Source of the DNA: Pseudomonadota bacterium | Lineage (GTDB): Bacteria; Pseudomonadota; Gammaproteobacteria; Xanthomonadales; SZUA-38 | Direction of reading: 5' to 3' | Assembly: GCA_039188505.1 (NCBI GenBank) | Contig: JBCCZC010000001.1 | Coordinates: 1-58,122, forward strand | Length of the DNA: 58,122 nucleotides | The notes under the pieces: generated by a model | What the model saw: only the letters and a program-made list of their open reading frames with translations | The model's database searches: none | What the model was told of the DNA's origin: nothing | Part shown: positions 19,204 to 28,922 of the stretch, piece after piece | Numbering within the stretch: position 1 is the stretch's first letter | How the letters are laid out: each line of letters begins with the position of its first letter | Made by a program: the position numbers and the translations under genes

Positions 19204-19680
19204 ATGCCAAAAATCGTTCTGGTGCACCAGACCGGACCCAAGAAAGGCGAGAAGGAGGTCTTCTCGACCGCCAAGTACAAATCGCTCTTCATGGGGCGGT
19301 CCGCCGACTGTGACGTCAAGGTCGACGATCCGAACTGCGTCGTCAGCCGCACCCACGCGCTGCTCGAATGGGATGACGAGGGCGAGACGCCGACCATGAC
19401 GGTGACCGATCTCCACAGCGCGAACGGCACGTTCGTCAACGGCGATCGCGTCGAGGAGCCGGTGAGCGTGGCCAACGGCGACGCCATCCAGCTGGGCGTC
19501 AAGGTAGGCCCGGTCCTGCGCGTCGCGCTGATCCGCCCGGCCGACGAAGCCGACGAGTCCGCCGGCGGTGTCGAGGAAGTCCGTACGGCCTTTCCCGATA
19601 TCCGCGACGAGTCCCGCGAAGAGGAACGGGCTCGCAAGCCGGCTGCCGGCACCCGGCACCTGATCCGCAGCGACGACTAA
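19204..19680 (+). CDS. FHA domain-containing protein
   Basis: FHA core GRSADCDVKVDDPNCVVSRTHALL...DLHSANGTFVNGDRV, followed by an acidic tail. Confidence 0.8.
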   Translation: MPKIVLVHQTGPKKGEKEVFSTAKYKSLFMGRSADCDVKVDDPNCVVSRTHALLEWDDEGETPTMTVTDLHSANGTFVNGDRVEEPVSVANGDAIQLGVKVGPVLRVALIRPADEADESAGGVEEVRTAFPDIRDESREEERARKPAAGTRHLIRSDD

Positions 19681-19724
19681 CGCGACGCTTATTGCTAGAA
19701 ACTTCACGGCCGCACCTCTAGCAT

Positions 19725-19743
19725 GCGACTGATTCTCATTTAC
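19725..19743. promoter_or_regulatory. candidate Fur box upstream of the iron ABC importer
   Basis: gcgactgattctcatttac matches 12 of 19 positions of GATAATGATAATCATTATC (hand aligned). It lies 18 nt upstream of ATG 19761 in an otherwise GC-rich genome. Confidence 0.3.
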
Positions 19744-19760
19744 CGCTTCTTGGAATCCTC

Positions 19761-20777
19761 ATGAAAACCAAGTCCGTGCTGCTCGCGCTGGCGCTGCTGG
19801 CGACCGCTACTCCGTGCCTCGCCGACGGCGAGGTCAACGTCTACACCTCCCGCAAGGAAGCGCTGATCCTGCCGCTGTTCGACCGGTTCACCGAACTGTC
19901 CGGTATCGAAGTCCGGATCCTCAGCGCCAATGCGGGCGCCCTGATCTCGCGGCTCGAGAGCGAGGGACGGAACAGTCCCGCCGATGTGCTCCTCACGGTC
20001 GACGCCGGGAACCTGCATCGGGCACGCGAGGCCGGCGTGCTGCGCACCACGACTTCGGCGGCTCTCGAGAGCGCCATTCCGACGACATACCGCGACCCGG
20101 AGGGCTACTGGTTTGGCCTGTCGCAGCGGGCCCGGGTGATCTTCCGCTCGACCGAGCGCGTGGGTGCGGACGCGATCGACAGCTACGCGGACCTCGCCGA
20201 TCCGACGATCAAGGGCAGTCTCTGCATCCGCTCCTCGAGCAACATCTACAACCAGTCCCTGGTCGCCTCGATGATCGCCAGCGACGGCGAGGAGGCAACG
20301 GAGACCTGGGCCCGCGGCGTGGTGGCCAACATGGCCCGCCCGCCCCAGGGCGGCGACACGGACCAGCTGCGCGCTGTTGCGGCCGGCGCCTGCGATCTGG
20401 CCGTGGCCAACACCTACTACTATGGCCGGCTTCTCGGCAGCGACAGCGAGGATGACCGCGCCGTCGGCGAACAGGTCGCCATCGTCTGGCCCGACCAGAG
20501 CGGGCGCGGGGCGCACGTGAACGTCAGCGGAGCCGGCATCACGACCCACAGCCCGAACCCCGACAACGCCCTGGCGCTGCTCGAGTTCCTGGCCGGCGAG
20601 GAAGCGCAGGCGTGGTATGCCGAAATGAACCATGAATTCCCGGTCCGGGAGGGCGTCGCGCCCACGTCGGTCCTGGCGTCGTGGGGGCCCTTCGATGCCG
20701 ACGACATCAACCTCAGCGAGCTGGGCAAGCACAACGCCGCGGCGGTGCGTCTGATGGACCGCGCCGGCTGGCGCTGA
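19761..20777 (+). CDS. Fe(3+) ABC transporter substrate-binding protein (FbpA/AfuA-like)
   Basis: Signal peptide, then GEVNVYTSRKEALILPLFDRF...ADVLLTVDAGNL, typical of ferric-binding periplasmic proteins. Confidence 0.85.
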   Translation: MKTKSVLLALALLATATPCLADGEVNVYTSRKEALILPLFDRFTELSGIEVRILSANAGALISRLESEGRNSPADVLLTVDAGNLHRAREAGVLRTTTSAALESAIPTTYRDPEGYWFGLSQRARVIFRSTERVGADAIDSYADLADPTIKGSLCIRSSSNIYNQSLVASMIASDGEEATETWARGVVANMARPPQGGDTDQLRAVAAGACDLAVANTYYYGRLLGSDSEDDRAVGEQVAIVWPDQSGRGAHVNVSGAGITTHSPNPDNALALLEFLAGEEAQAWYAEMNHEFPVREGVAPTSVLASWGPFDADDINLSELGKHNAAAVRLMDRAGWR

Positions 20778-20815
20778 TCGACTTCGCCGGCGCTTCCGGG
20801 TAAAACACCGCCACC

Positions 20816-22483
20816 ATGACGGTGGCTCTTGCCAGTTCCCTGCCCCGCCCGGGTGCCGACGACGCCGTCCGCTGGGGCGTCGTTGCCGCCTCGGTGGCCG
20901 GCATCCTCGCGCTGCCGACGGTCGCGGTCGTTGCGGTCGCTGCCTCAGCTGATGGATCGGCCTGGCGCCATCTCGTCTCGACGGTACTGGGCGAGTACGT
21001 CTGGCATTCTGTCCTGCTGGCCCTCGGTGTCGGCACGGGAACGCTCGTGATCGGGACGACCACGGCGTGGCTGACCACCGTGTGCGCGTTTCCCGGCTGG
21101 CGCGCCCTGAGCTGGCTGCTCCTGCTGCCGCTCGCCCTACCCGCCTACATCGTTGCCTACACCTACACGGGCGTGCTCGACTACCCCGGCCCGGTCCAGA
21201 CGGCCCTGCGCGACCTCTTCGGGTGGGGGCCCGGGGACTACTGGTTTCCCAATATCCGATCGCTACCTGGGGCCATCCTGGTCCTGACGCTCTGCCTCTA
21301 TCCCTACGTGTATCTCCTGTCGCGGGCCGCGTTCGTGTCGCGGTCGGCGAGCGCCATCGAGGTTGGCCGCAGCCTCGGCCTCGGCCCGATGGCCGTCTTC
21401 GCGAGGATCGGATTGCCCCTGGCGCGCCCGGCAGTCGTCACCGGCGTGGCCCTGGTCCTGATGGAGACGTTGGCCGACTACGGGACGGTCAAGTACTTCG
21501 GGGTCACCACCTTCACGACCGGGATCTTTCGGACCTGGTTCGGCATGGGGGACCGTGCCGCCGCCGCGCAGCTGGCCACGGCGCTCCTGGGCCTGGTCCT
21601 GCTGCTCGTCCTGCTCGAGCGCTGGTCGCGGCGCCAGCGCCAGTTCGACGACGCCGGGGCGGCCGCGGCCGGCACGCCCTACCCGCTCCGAGGCTGGCGC
21701 GCCCTCGCCGCCGCCGGCTGGTGCGCGTTGCCGCTCCTGCTGGGCTTTCTCGTGCCCGCGCTCCAGCTCGCCTGGTGGTGCATCGACACCTTTGGCGAGC
21801 AGTGGCGCCGGGGCTTTCCCGAGCTCATGGGCAACAGCATCCTGGCCGCCGGGATCACTGCCGCGATCGCCGTGTTCCTCGCGCTGCTGCTCGGGTACGG
21901 CCAGCGGCTGCGGCCGGTGCCGACCGTGCGCGGCGCCGTCCGGGTGGCGGCCAGCGGCTACGCCGTCCCCGGCACCGTGATCGCCGTCGGCGTGATCATC
22001 CCGCTGGCCTGGCTCGACAACTCGATCGACGGGTTGGCCCGCGAGCTGTTCGGCGTGTCGACGGGGCTCCTCCTCAGCGGCACGCTCGTAGCCGTCATAT
22101 TCGCCTACCTCGTTCGCTTCATGTCAGTCGGAATCCAGACCATGGAGGCCGGGCTCGCGGCGATCTCGACGGGCGTGGACGACTGCGCCCGGGCCCTGGG
22201 CTGCGCTCCGAAGGCCGTGCTCGGACGCGTGCTCCTGCCGCTTCTGCGCCCCAGCCTGCTGACCGCCGGTCTGCTCGTCTTCGTCGACGTCATGAAGGAA
22301 CTGCCCGCGACCCTCATCCTCCGGCCCTTCGACTTCAATACGCTGGCGGTGCGAGCCTACGAGCTCGCCGAGGACGAGCAGCTGGCCGCCGCCGCGCCGG
22401 CCGCGCTCGCGATCGTCATCGTCGGTCTCGTGCCCGTCTTCTTGCTGGCACGGGGCATCACCCGGGAGCGACGGCATGCTTGA
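20816..22483 (+). CDS. iron ABC transporter permease (duplicated MetI-type, FbpB-like)
   Basis: A 555-aa polytopic protein with two permease halves, each with an EAA-like loop. Confidence 0.9.
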   Translation: MTVALASSLPRPGADDAVRWGVVAASVAGILALPTVAVVAVAASADGSAWRHLVSTVLGEYVWHSVLLALGVGTGTLVIGTTTAWLTTVCAFPGWRALSWLLLLPLALPAYIVAYTYTGVLDYPGPVQTALRDLFGWGPGDYWFPNIRSLPGAILVLTLCLYPYVYLLSRAAFVSRSASAIEVGRSLGLGPMAVFARIGLPLARPAVVTGVALVLMETLADYGTVKYFGVTTFTTGIFRTWFGMGDRAAAAQLATALLGLVLLLVLLERWSRRQRQFDDAGAAAAGTPYPLRGWRALAAAGWCALPLLLGFLVPALQLAWWCIDTFGEQWRRGFPELMGNSILAAGITAAIAVFLALLLGYGQRLRPVPTVRGAVRVAASGYAVPGTVIAVGVIIPLAWLDNSIDGLARELFGVSTGLLLSGTLVAVIFAYLVRFMSVGIQTMEAGLAAISTGVDDCARALGCAPKAVLGRVLLPLLRPSLLTAGLLVFVDVMKELPATLILRPFDFNTLAVRAYELAEDEQLAAAAPAALAIVIVGLVPVFLLARGITRERRHA

Positions 22484-23513
22484 GGTTCAGGAGCTCGAGG
22501 TCCGCTACGGCGACCTGGCAGCGGTCCGCAGCGTCAGCTTTGCGCTCGAGGCGGGCGAGATCGGCGGGCTGCTGGGCGCCAGCGGCTGCGGCAAGACGAC
22601 GGTGCTGCGGACGATCGCGGGCTTCCTTCGACCCGCCGCCGGCCGCGTGATCGTCGACGGAGAGACGCTCAGCGACGTGACCGGCGCCGTCGCTCCGGAA
22701 CACCGCAATGTCGGCATCGTGCCCCAGGACCTGGCCCTGTTTCCGCACCTGTCCGTGGCGGGCAACATCGCGTTCGGTCTCCGGAGCTGGGCGCCCGCGG
22801 ACCGCTCGGACCGGATCCGGAGTCTGCTTGCGTTGATCGGCCTCGACGCGCAGGGCACGGCCTTCCCCCATGAGCTCTCGGGCGGTCAGCGTCAGCGCGT
22901 GGCAATCGCGCGCGCGCTGGCGCCGAGACCGCGGCTACTGCTCCTCGACGAACCATTTTCCAGCCTCGATCCGGCGCTTCGGATCGCGCTGCCGCGCGAG
23001 CTGCGACAGCTCTTTCTCGATGAGGACGTCACCGCCCTGCTCGTGACCCATGATCAGCACGAGGCCTTCGCCATGTGCGACCGGGTCGGCGTTCTCGCGG
23101 GCGGCGAGCTGGCCCAGTGGGATCGGGCCTACGCGCTCTACCACGAGCCCGCCAATCGCGTCGTGGCCGACTTTGTCGGCGAGGGCGTCATGCTCCCGGG
23201 CCGCGTGTCCGGCGAGATCACCGTGGATACGAGCCTGGGCCCCCTGCGGTCAGACTCCCCCCTGGCCTGGCCGCCAGGCACGTCTGTCCACGTCCTGGTC
23301 CGACCGGACGACGTCCTCCACGACGACGCCAGCGACACCGCTGCCAGGATCGTCGATCGGGCGTTCCGCGGCAGCCACTTCCTGTACACGCTGGAGCTGG
23401 CGGACAGATCGCGGCTCCTGTGCCTGGCACCGTCGCACCATGACCATCCCCCGGGTGAAACCCTCGGGATCCGCCTCGAGATCGATCACATGGTCGTCTT
23501 TCCCGCGGACTGA
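22476..23513 (+). CDS. ABC transporter ATP-binding protein (FbpC-like)
   Basis: Walker A GASGCGKTT, signature LSGGQRQRV, Walker B LLLLDEP. Overlaps the permease gene by 8 nt. Confidence 0.9.
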   Translation: MLEVQELEVRYGDLAAVRSVSFALEAGEIGGLLGASGCGKTTVLRTIAGFLRPAAGRVIVDGETLSDVTGAVAPEHRNVGIVPQDLALFPHLSVAGNIAFGLRSWAPADRSDRIRSLLALIGLDAQGTAFPHELSGGQRQRVAIARALAPRPRLLLLDEPFSSLDPALRIALPRELRQLFLDEDVTALLVTHDQHEAFAMCDRVGVLAGGELAQWDRAYALYHEPANRVVADFVGEGVMLPGRVSGEITVDTSLGPLRSDSPLAWPPGTSVHVLVRPDDVLHDDASDTAARIVDRAFRGSHFLYTLELADRSRLLCLAPSHHDHPPGETLGIRLEIDHMVVFPAD

Positions 23514-24317
23514 TCAGGGCGGCATGCCGTACCACTCGGGAATCTCCTCACCGAGCAGTTCGTAGAGGCGCTCGTTGTGCGGCGCGAAGTACTGCATGAG
23601 CCGCGTCGCGGTGAGCGGGCTCATCGGCTGCGGGTACTTCCGCATATGGGTGTAGGCGAAATCATCGTGCTCGGGCTCGAGGCCGAGGAAGGACAGGACA
23701 CGATTGAACTCGGGCACGGGCCGCGCCTTGAGGCGCTCGGTCACGCCGATATGGAGCTGATCACGCCGAAAGTGGCGCAGGACGGTCTCGAGGTGGTCGG
23801 CGTAGCGACCCGTCCGCAGCAGCGGCGCGAACGGGCTGTCGGCTTTTGACGCCGCTTCCGCCACGGCGCGCTCGAAGGAGACGCTGGCCCAGCCCGCCGC
23901 AGCCGAGGCCGGTGGCGCCTGCCGGTAGTGATTCCACTGCGAGTAAGCGCGGAAGACGGGATTGCGAAGAAAAAGAACCAGCCGCGCGTTCGGCACCACC
24001 GCCGCCATACGCTCGACGGCCACCGCTCGCGCGAAATAGCTCGGCGTCTTCTCGCCCTGCGTCAGCTCCGGCCGCTCGAACCGTCGCCGATACCAGTCCA
24101 CGCCCCGACTCCAGGTCTGGTCATTGTTGAAGAAGTGCATCTCACGGGCGCGATCCGGATGCCGCGCCATGAAGACCCGGGAGTGGCGCGCGAAATTGTC
24201 ATAGAGCGAGGTCGTCGCCGACTTCTGGGCGCCGATGATGATGAAATCGGGAAGGGCGCCTGCCTCGCGTTCCGGCACTGAACCCATGACTGCTTGCTGA
24301 CCCACGATCGGCAGCAT
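23514..24317 (-). CDS. PAPS-dependent sulfotransferase family protein
   Basis: 5'-PSB loop FIIIGAQKSATTSL and a 3'-PB-like FLRNPVFRAYSQ. The start may instead be the internal MGSVPE. Confidence 0.8.
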   Translation of the reverse strand: MLPIVGQQAVMGSVPEREAGALPDFIIIGAQKSATTSLYDNFARHSRVFMARHPDRAREMHFFNNDQTWSRGVDWYRRRFERPELTQGEKTPSYFARAVAVERMAAVVPNARLVLFLRNPVFRAYSQWNHYRQAPPASAAAGWASVSFERAVAEAASKADSPFAPLLRTGRYADHLETVLRHFRRDQLHIGVTERLKARPVPEFNRVLSFLGLEPEHDDFAYTHMRKYPQPMSPLTATRLMQYFAPHNERLYELLGEEIPEWYGMPP

Positions 24318-24397
24318 AGCGCAGACGTGGATCCCGCAGGTGGACGTGCGGTCGGTCGACCGGTGTACACTCGGCGCCTTCCCTCGCGATCCGCACC

Positions 24398-25702
24398 ATG
24401 GACCAGACGACCCGCTATCGGAATTCGCTTACGTCGCTCCTGACCTTGGCAGGCGTGGCCATTGGACTGGGGAACGTCTGGCGCTTTCCCTACATGATGG
24501 GGCAGAACGGCGGCAGCGCCTTCCTGCTCCTGTATCTCGGCATCATGCTGCTCATCGCCATTCCCGCGCTCACGGCGGAATGGGCCCTGGCAAGGCACAC
24601 GCGCCGCGGCACCGCCGGCACCTTCGATCGCATCTTTGCCGCGCCCTGGGGCCGGGCGATCGGCGCGCTGCTGGTCTTCGGGACCTTCATGGCGCTGACC
24701 TACTACACGGTCGTGATCGGCAACGTCACCTATACGGCCGCCTTCTCGATCGTCCACGGCTTTTCCGAGGCGACCTCGAGCCGCTACCAGGCCGGCCTCG
24801 GCAACGGTCTCGCCCAGTACGGCTTCGCGCTGACCGTGATCGCGTGGGCGGGCTACGTGACCCACCGCGGCCTCAACGCGGGCATCGAGGCCAGCAGCCG
24901 CCTCTTCGTGCCGGCCTTCGGCATCGTGGTCGTCTACCTGGTCATCCACACGCTGACCATCGACGGTGCGGCGGCCGCCCTGGGCGAGTTCCTCAAGCCG
25001 GATTTCTCGCGCATCGGTATCCGCGAGGTCTTCGCCGCCATGGGGCAGGCCTGCTTCTCCGTCGGCATCGGCGGCACGCTGATGCTCGTCTACGGCAGCT
25101 ACCTCGCCGACGGGGAACGCCTCCTGGGCAAGGCGACCCTGACCGGGCTTACCGATGCCGGAGCCGCGCTCCTCGCCGGTGCGTTCATCGTGCCTGCCGT
25201 GCTGGTCTTCGGCATCGAACTGAATGCCGGGCCGGGCCTCGTCTTCGCCACGCTCCCCGAACTGTTCGCCACGATGCCCGGCGGGCGGCTGGCCGGTAGC
25301 CTCTTCCTCGCGGCGCTCACGCTGATGGCGTTCCTCTCCGCGGTGGCGGCCATGCAGGTCTGCGTGCGTGGCCTGCACTTCCTCACCGGCGAGCAATTCT
25401 CGCGCGGCACCATCATCTTCGCGGTGGTGCTGATCGTGGCGATGCTCATGCTGCCACCGTCGCTGCGTCCCGGCATGATCGGAACGCTGGACCTGATCTT
25501 CGGCTCCGGCTTCCTGCTCTTCGGCTGCGCGCTTGCCGTACTCGGCCTCGCCTGGGTGGCCGACCGCGCGATTCTGGACCAGCAGGTGGGTGCGCAAGCG
25601 TCCTGGCTTCGCCCCTGGCTCCGCGTCCCCGTGCCGCTTGCGTTGCTGAGCGTTCTCGGGCTCTACGTCTACGACATCGTCGCAGGTGGCGGCGGACACT
25701 GA
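24398..25702 (+). CDS. sodium-dependent transporter, neurotransmitter:sodium symporter (NSS/SNF) family
   Basis: The N-terminal NSS signature LAGVAIGLGNVWRFPYMMGQNGG, about 11-12 TM segments. Confidence 0.9.
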   Translation: MDQTTRYRNSLTSLLTLAGVAIGLGNVWRFPYMMGQNGGSAFLLLYLGIMLLIAIPALTAEWALARHTRRGTAGTFDRIFAAPWGRAIGALLVFGTFMALTYYTVVIGNVTYTAAFSIVHGFSEATSSRYQAGLGNGLAQYGFALTVIAWAGYVTHRGLNAGIEASSRLFVPAFGIVVVYLVIHTLTIDGAAAALGEFLKPDFSRIGIREVFAAMGQACFSVGIGGTLMLVYGSYLADGERLLGKATLTGLTDAGAALLAGAFIVPAVLVFGIELNAGPGLVFATLPELFATMPGGRLAGSLFLAALTLMAFLSAVAAMQVCVRGLHFLTGEQFSRGTIIFAVVLIVAMLMLPPSLRPGMIGTLDLIFGSGFLLFGCALAVLGLAWVADRAILDQQVGAQASWLRPWLRVPVPLALLSVLGLYVYDIVAGGGGH

Positions 25703-25706
25703 CGCG

Positions 25707-26789
25707 ATGGACCCGCGCAAGCAGCAGGGCATCGACGCCCTCAACCAGGAGTTTCGCCGCTACGAACAGGTCGAAAAGGATCAGGTTTATCGCCTGACCG
25801 AGAACACGGCCGAAGCCTTCGACGAGGACTACCGCATCCGGGTGTGCGACATGGCCCAGTACTTCGACGGCGACGACGCGGGCAAGGCGGCGTTCGCGCG
25901 GCACCTCGGCGAGGCCATGGAGGAGATCGGCTTCGTCATCCTCGTGAACCACGGCATCGATCCGGCACTGCACGCGCGGGCCGAGGCGGACGTCGTGCGC
26001 TTCTTCGAGGAGATCCCCGAGGCGGCTCGGGAGCAGTTCCTCGCAAGCCGGCACGGATCGGTCAACCAGGGTTACTTCCCGATCGCGGAGACGACGATCA
26101 TTCACCCGGACCTCGTGAAAGGGTGGGTGTTCTGCCGCCGCGCCTTCGACCTCGATGGCAACCCGGACTTCGACCCCCTCGCATTCTGGCCGGACCCGGC
26201 CTACGAGCGCAGCTTCCGGGAACTGGTCGCGGCTACGGAGCCGCTCATCCTGCCGATCATGCAGTCGATCCTCCGCTACCTCGGCTGCGACCCACACCAC
26301 TACGATGAGCGCCTGACCGGAACCAACTTCGGACTGCGGCTGAACTATTACCCGGCCGGGGATCCGGCCGCACCGCCCGCTGGCGGACGCATGCTCGGTC
26401 ACGAGGACGTCGACCTCTTCACCTTCCTGCCCGCACCGAGCGTCGAGGGTCTCCAGGTGCTCCGGCGGGACACGCAGCAATGGGTCCGCCTCGACGCGCC
26501 GCCCGGGTCCATCGTCCTGAACACCGGCGACTACATGCAGCGCATCACCAACGATCGCCTGCCGAGCACCACGCACCGTGTGGCCCAACCGAGGCAGCCG
26601 ATCGAGGCGCCGCGCGTCTCCGTGCCGATGGCCATCTATGTCTGGGAGGACGAGATCCTCGAGGTGCTGCCCGGGCTCGGCGAGCCGCGCTATCCCCCGA
26701 TCCGCGCGGAGACCTTCCATACACGGATCACCTCGAAATACTATGGGGACGACTACGCAGACAACGCACAACCGGAGGGGTCCGCATGA
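25707..26789 (+). CDS. 2-oxoglutarate/Fe(II)-dependent oxygenase (isopenicillin N synthase-like)
   Basis: H-x-D...H facial triad (GHEDVD ... STTHRV) and RVSVP. ATG 25707 lies 5 nt after the transporter stop. The ORF-track GTG 25686 would overlap it. Confidence 0.85.
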   Translation: MDPRKQQGIDALNQEFRRYEQVEKDQVYRLTENTAEAFDEDYRIRVCDMAQYFDGDDAGKAAFARHLGEAMEEIGFVILVNHGIDPALHARAEADVVRFFEEIPEAAREQFLASRHGSVNQGYFPIAETTIIHPDLVKGWVFCRRAFDLDGNPDFDPLAFWPDPAYERSFRELVAATEPLILPIMQSILRYLGCDPHHYDERLTGTNFGLRLNYYPAGDPAAPPAGGRMLGHEDVDLFTFLPAPSVEGLQVLRRDTQQWVRLDAPPGSIVLNTGDYMQRITNDRLPSTTHRVAQPRQPIEAPRVSVPMAIYVWEDEILEVLPGLGEPRYPPIRAETFHTRITSKYYGDDYADNAQPEGSA

Positions 26790-27538
26790 GCGCAGTGATG
26801 ACGGAACAGGTCTCGGCCGAGGAGTGGGCGCTGCGCGTCGACCTCGCAGCCGCGTATCGACTGGTGGCGCACTATCGCTGGGACGATCTCGTCTTCACCC
26901 ACATCTCCGCGCGCATTCCGGGGCCGGAGCACCACTTTCTCATCAACCCCTACGGCTTCCTCTTCGACGAGATCACGGCAAGCAGCCTCGTCAAGATCGA
27001 TCTCGACGGCAACAAGGTCGTCGACTCGCCCTACGACATCAACCCTGCCGGCTTCACGATCCACAGCGCGATTCACGCCGCGCGTGAGGACGCCCAGTGC
27101 GTCCTGCATACCCATTCGATCGACGGTGTCGGCGTCTCGGCCCAGGCCGAAGGGTTGCTGCCGCTGTCCCAGCAGTCGCTCTTCGTACTGACCTCACTCG
27201 GCTACCACGACTATGAGGGGGTCGCGCTTCGCGATGACGAGAAGCCGCGCCTCGTCGCCGACCTGGGCACCAACAACTTCCTCATCCTGCGCAACCACGG
27301 CCTGCTGACCGTGGGTCCGACGATCGCAGACGCCTTTCTGGCGATGTACATCCTCGAGGCATCCTGCCGGATCCAGATCCGCGCCCAGGCGGGCGACGGC
27401 ATCTATCCGGTCGACCCGCGTATCGTCGACACGATGCAGCAGCAGGCCAACCAGGTACTCAAGGGCCTCGGCGGCAATCTCGCCTGGCCGGGCCTGCTCC
27501 GCCGCCTGGACCGGATCGACCCGTCGTTCCGCGACTGA
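26786..27538 (+). CDS. class II aldolase/adducin family protein
   Basis: FTHISARIP, VLHTHS (metal His) and NHGLLTVG motifs. The ATG overlaps the oxygenase stop (ATGA at 26786-26789). Confidence 0.85.
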   Translation: MSAVMTEQVSAEEWALRVDLAAAYRLVAHYRWDDLVFTHISARIPGPEHHFLINPYGFLFDEITASSLVKIDLDGNKVVDSPYDINPAGFTIHSAIHAAREDAQCVLHTHSIDGVGVSAQAEGLLPLSQQSLFVLTSLGYHDYEGVALRDDEKPRLVADLGTNNFLILRNHGLLTVGPTIADAFLAMYILEASCRIQIRAQAGDGIYPVDPRIVDTMQQQANQVLKGLGGNLAWPGLLRRLDRIDPSFRD

Positions 27539-27653
27539 GCCGATCCTTACCCTGGAGGCCGGCAACGCGAGGATCGTCATCGCGAGATGGTGAAGCCGAT
27601 AACGATGCCCCAGCCGGCAATGTCGCCGAAGATCCGCCGGAGTTGCAACGCCC

Positions 27654-28190
27654 ATGACGAGCCGCTGCTGCACGCTGTTCCTACTTTGCCTCGCGAGCAT
27701 CGGCGTCGCAGCCAAAGACCCGATGACGGGGCCCGTCATCGCCGACTATGGCCCGACCTTCGCCATGGATGTCGACGTTCCCGTCGACGCCGAACGCCGC
27801 TATCGCGTCGTCTTCGACGCCGCCAATCATCGCGGCGGAACCGATGCCGTGAATCGATCGCTCGTGACCGTTGCGCGCTATCTCAATATGCACGGCCGTG
27901 CTGGCGTGGCGGTCGACCGGCACGAGATCGCCGTCGTGTTTCATGGCGAGGCGCTGAAAAGCGCGCTCCACCAGGAGGCGTACCGCGAGCGCTACGCCAC
28001 CGACAATCCCAACCTGGAACTCATCGCGGCGCTGCAGGAGGCGGGGGTGTCCTTCTACGCGTGCGGCCAGTCGCTCGGTTTTCGGGGCTTCGACAAGGAG
28101 GAGCTGACGAACGGGGTCGCAGTGGCGCTGTCGGCGATGACGATGCTGGTGACGCTGCAGAACGACGGCTATGCGCTGATCCCCTGGTAG
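27654..28190 (+). CDS. secreted DsrE/DsrF-like family protein
   Basis: Signal peptide, then an about 150-aa alpha/beta domain with the FYACGQS Cys motif. Family assignment from memory. Confidence 0.5.
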   Translation: MTSRCCTLFLLCLASIGVAAKDPMTGPVIADYGPTFAMDVDVPVDAERRYRVVFDAANHRGGTDAVNRSLVTVARYLNMHGRAGVAVDRHEIAVVFHGEALKSALHQEAYRERYATDNPNLELIAALQEAGVSFYACGQSLGFRGFDKEELTNGVAVALSAMTMLVTLQNDGYALIPW

Positions 28191-28280
28191 CCTTCCGGTG
28201 ATCGACGATTTGATCAGGCGCACCCGGGCGCGCGAACGCGCATGCTATCTACGGTGCAGGAACATCGAAAGGAGTGCGCC

Positions 28281-28765
28281 ATGCTGAAGGCCGTCGCCGC
28301 CGAACTGCTCGACAACACGATCTTTGCGACCGACCTCGACTTCGACGAGCGTGCCGCGCTGGCTCAAAACATGTTCGCCCGGGACGTGGCTGACGGTGAG
28401 ACCGTTGTCTCCGCGGGCGAGCGCACGCGCACCCTGTACGTGCTCCTCGAGGGCCGTATGAAGGTCTCCGTCGCCGTCCAGGGGGGCACCAGGAGGCCGT
28501 AGCCACGCTCCAGCCCGGCGAGGCCTTCGGCACAGGCGCGTTCGTCGAGGCCACACCGCGGCTGGCCGACGTGAGTTCGGAGGGACCGTCATCGGTGCTG
28601 ACGCTGGAGCCCGCCGCGCTCGAAGGCATGCTCGATTCCCATCCGCGCGTGGTCTACGACGTGATGCGCGCCCTGTTCCGCACTCGCCACCAGACGCTGC
28701 TCCGGCTCTACGAGGAGAACGAGCAGCTCACGAACTACATCCTGAAGGTTCACGGCCGCTACTGA
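28281..28765 (+). pseudogene. cyclic nucleotide-binding domain protein with a 1-nt frameshift in a G6 run
   Basis: AAGGAG lies 6 nt before ATG 28281. Frame 0 stops at 28500. Frame 2 continues the domain from nt 28487 (HQEAVATLQPGEAFGTGAFVEATPRLADV...). One extra G in GGGGGG (28481-28486) restores a roughly 160-aa cNMP-binding protein. Confidence 0.7.
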
Positions 28766-28922
28766 GGGCGCGACGGCGGCGGGAACGCGCAGCGCCGGAC
28801 CGCTGCGGAACGAGGGGCTGAGGTCCCGGTCGGTGCGTCGTGGCAGCGCCTTCTCGAGCCAGAGGTCGGCAAACCCCGGCGCCGGCCGTGACGCGTGTCG
28901 AGCGCTACGCTAGGCTGCGGGG

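Noticed and set aside
24062-25744. A 560-aa minus-strand ORF. Similar long shadow ORFs were also rejected: 12878..14524(-), 10061..11770(+), 37171..38943(+), 43030..44499(+), 44340..45875(+), 32416..34290(-), 8436..10004(+).
   Set aside because: These have low-complexity Arg/Gly/Glu/Asp-rich translations with no motifs. Each is antisense to a gene with strong family signatures (NSS transporter, TetR/TonB-C, AtuA, TBDR/CBS, NqrB/A, SGNH/PagL, carboxyltransferase).
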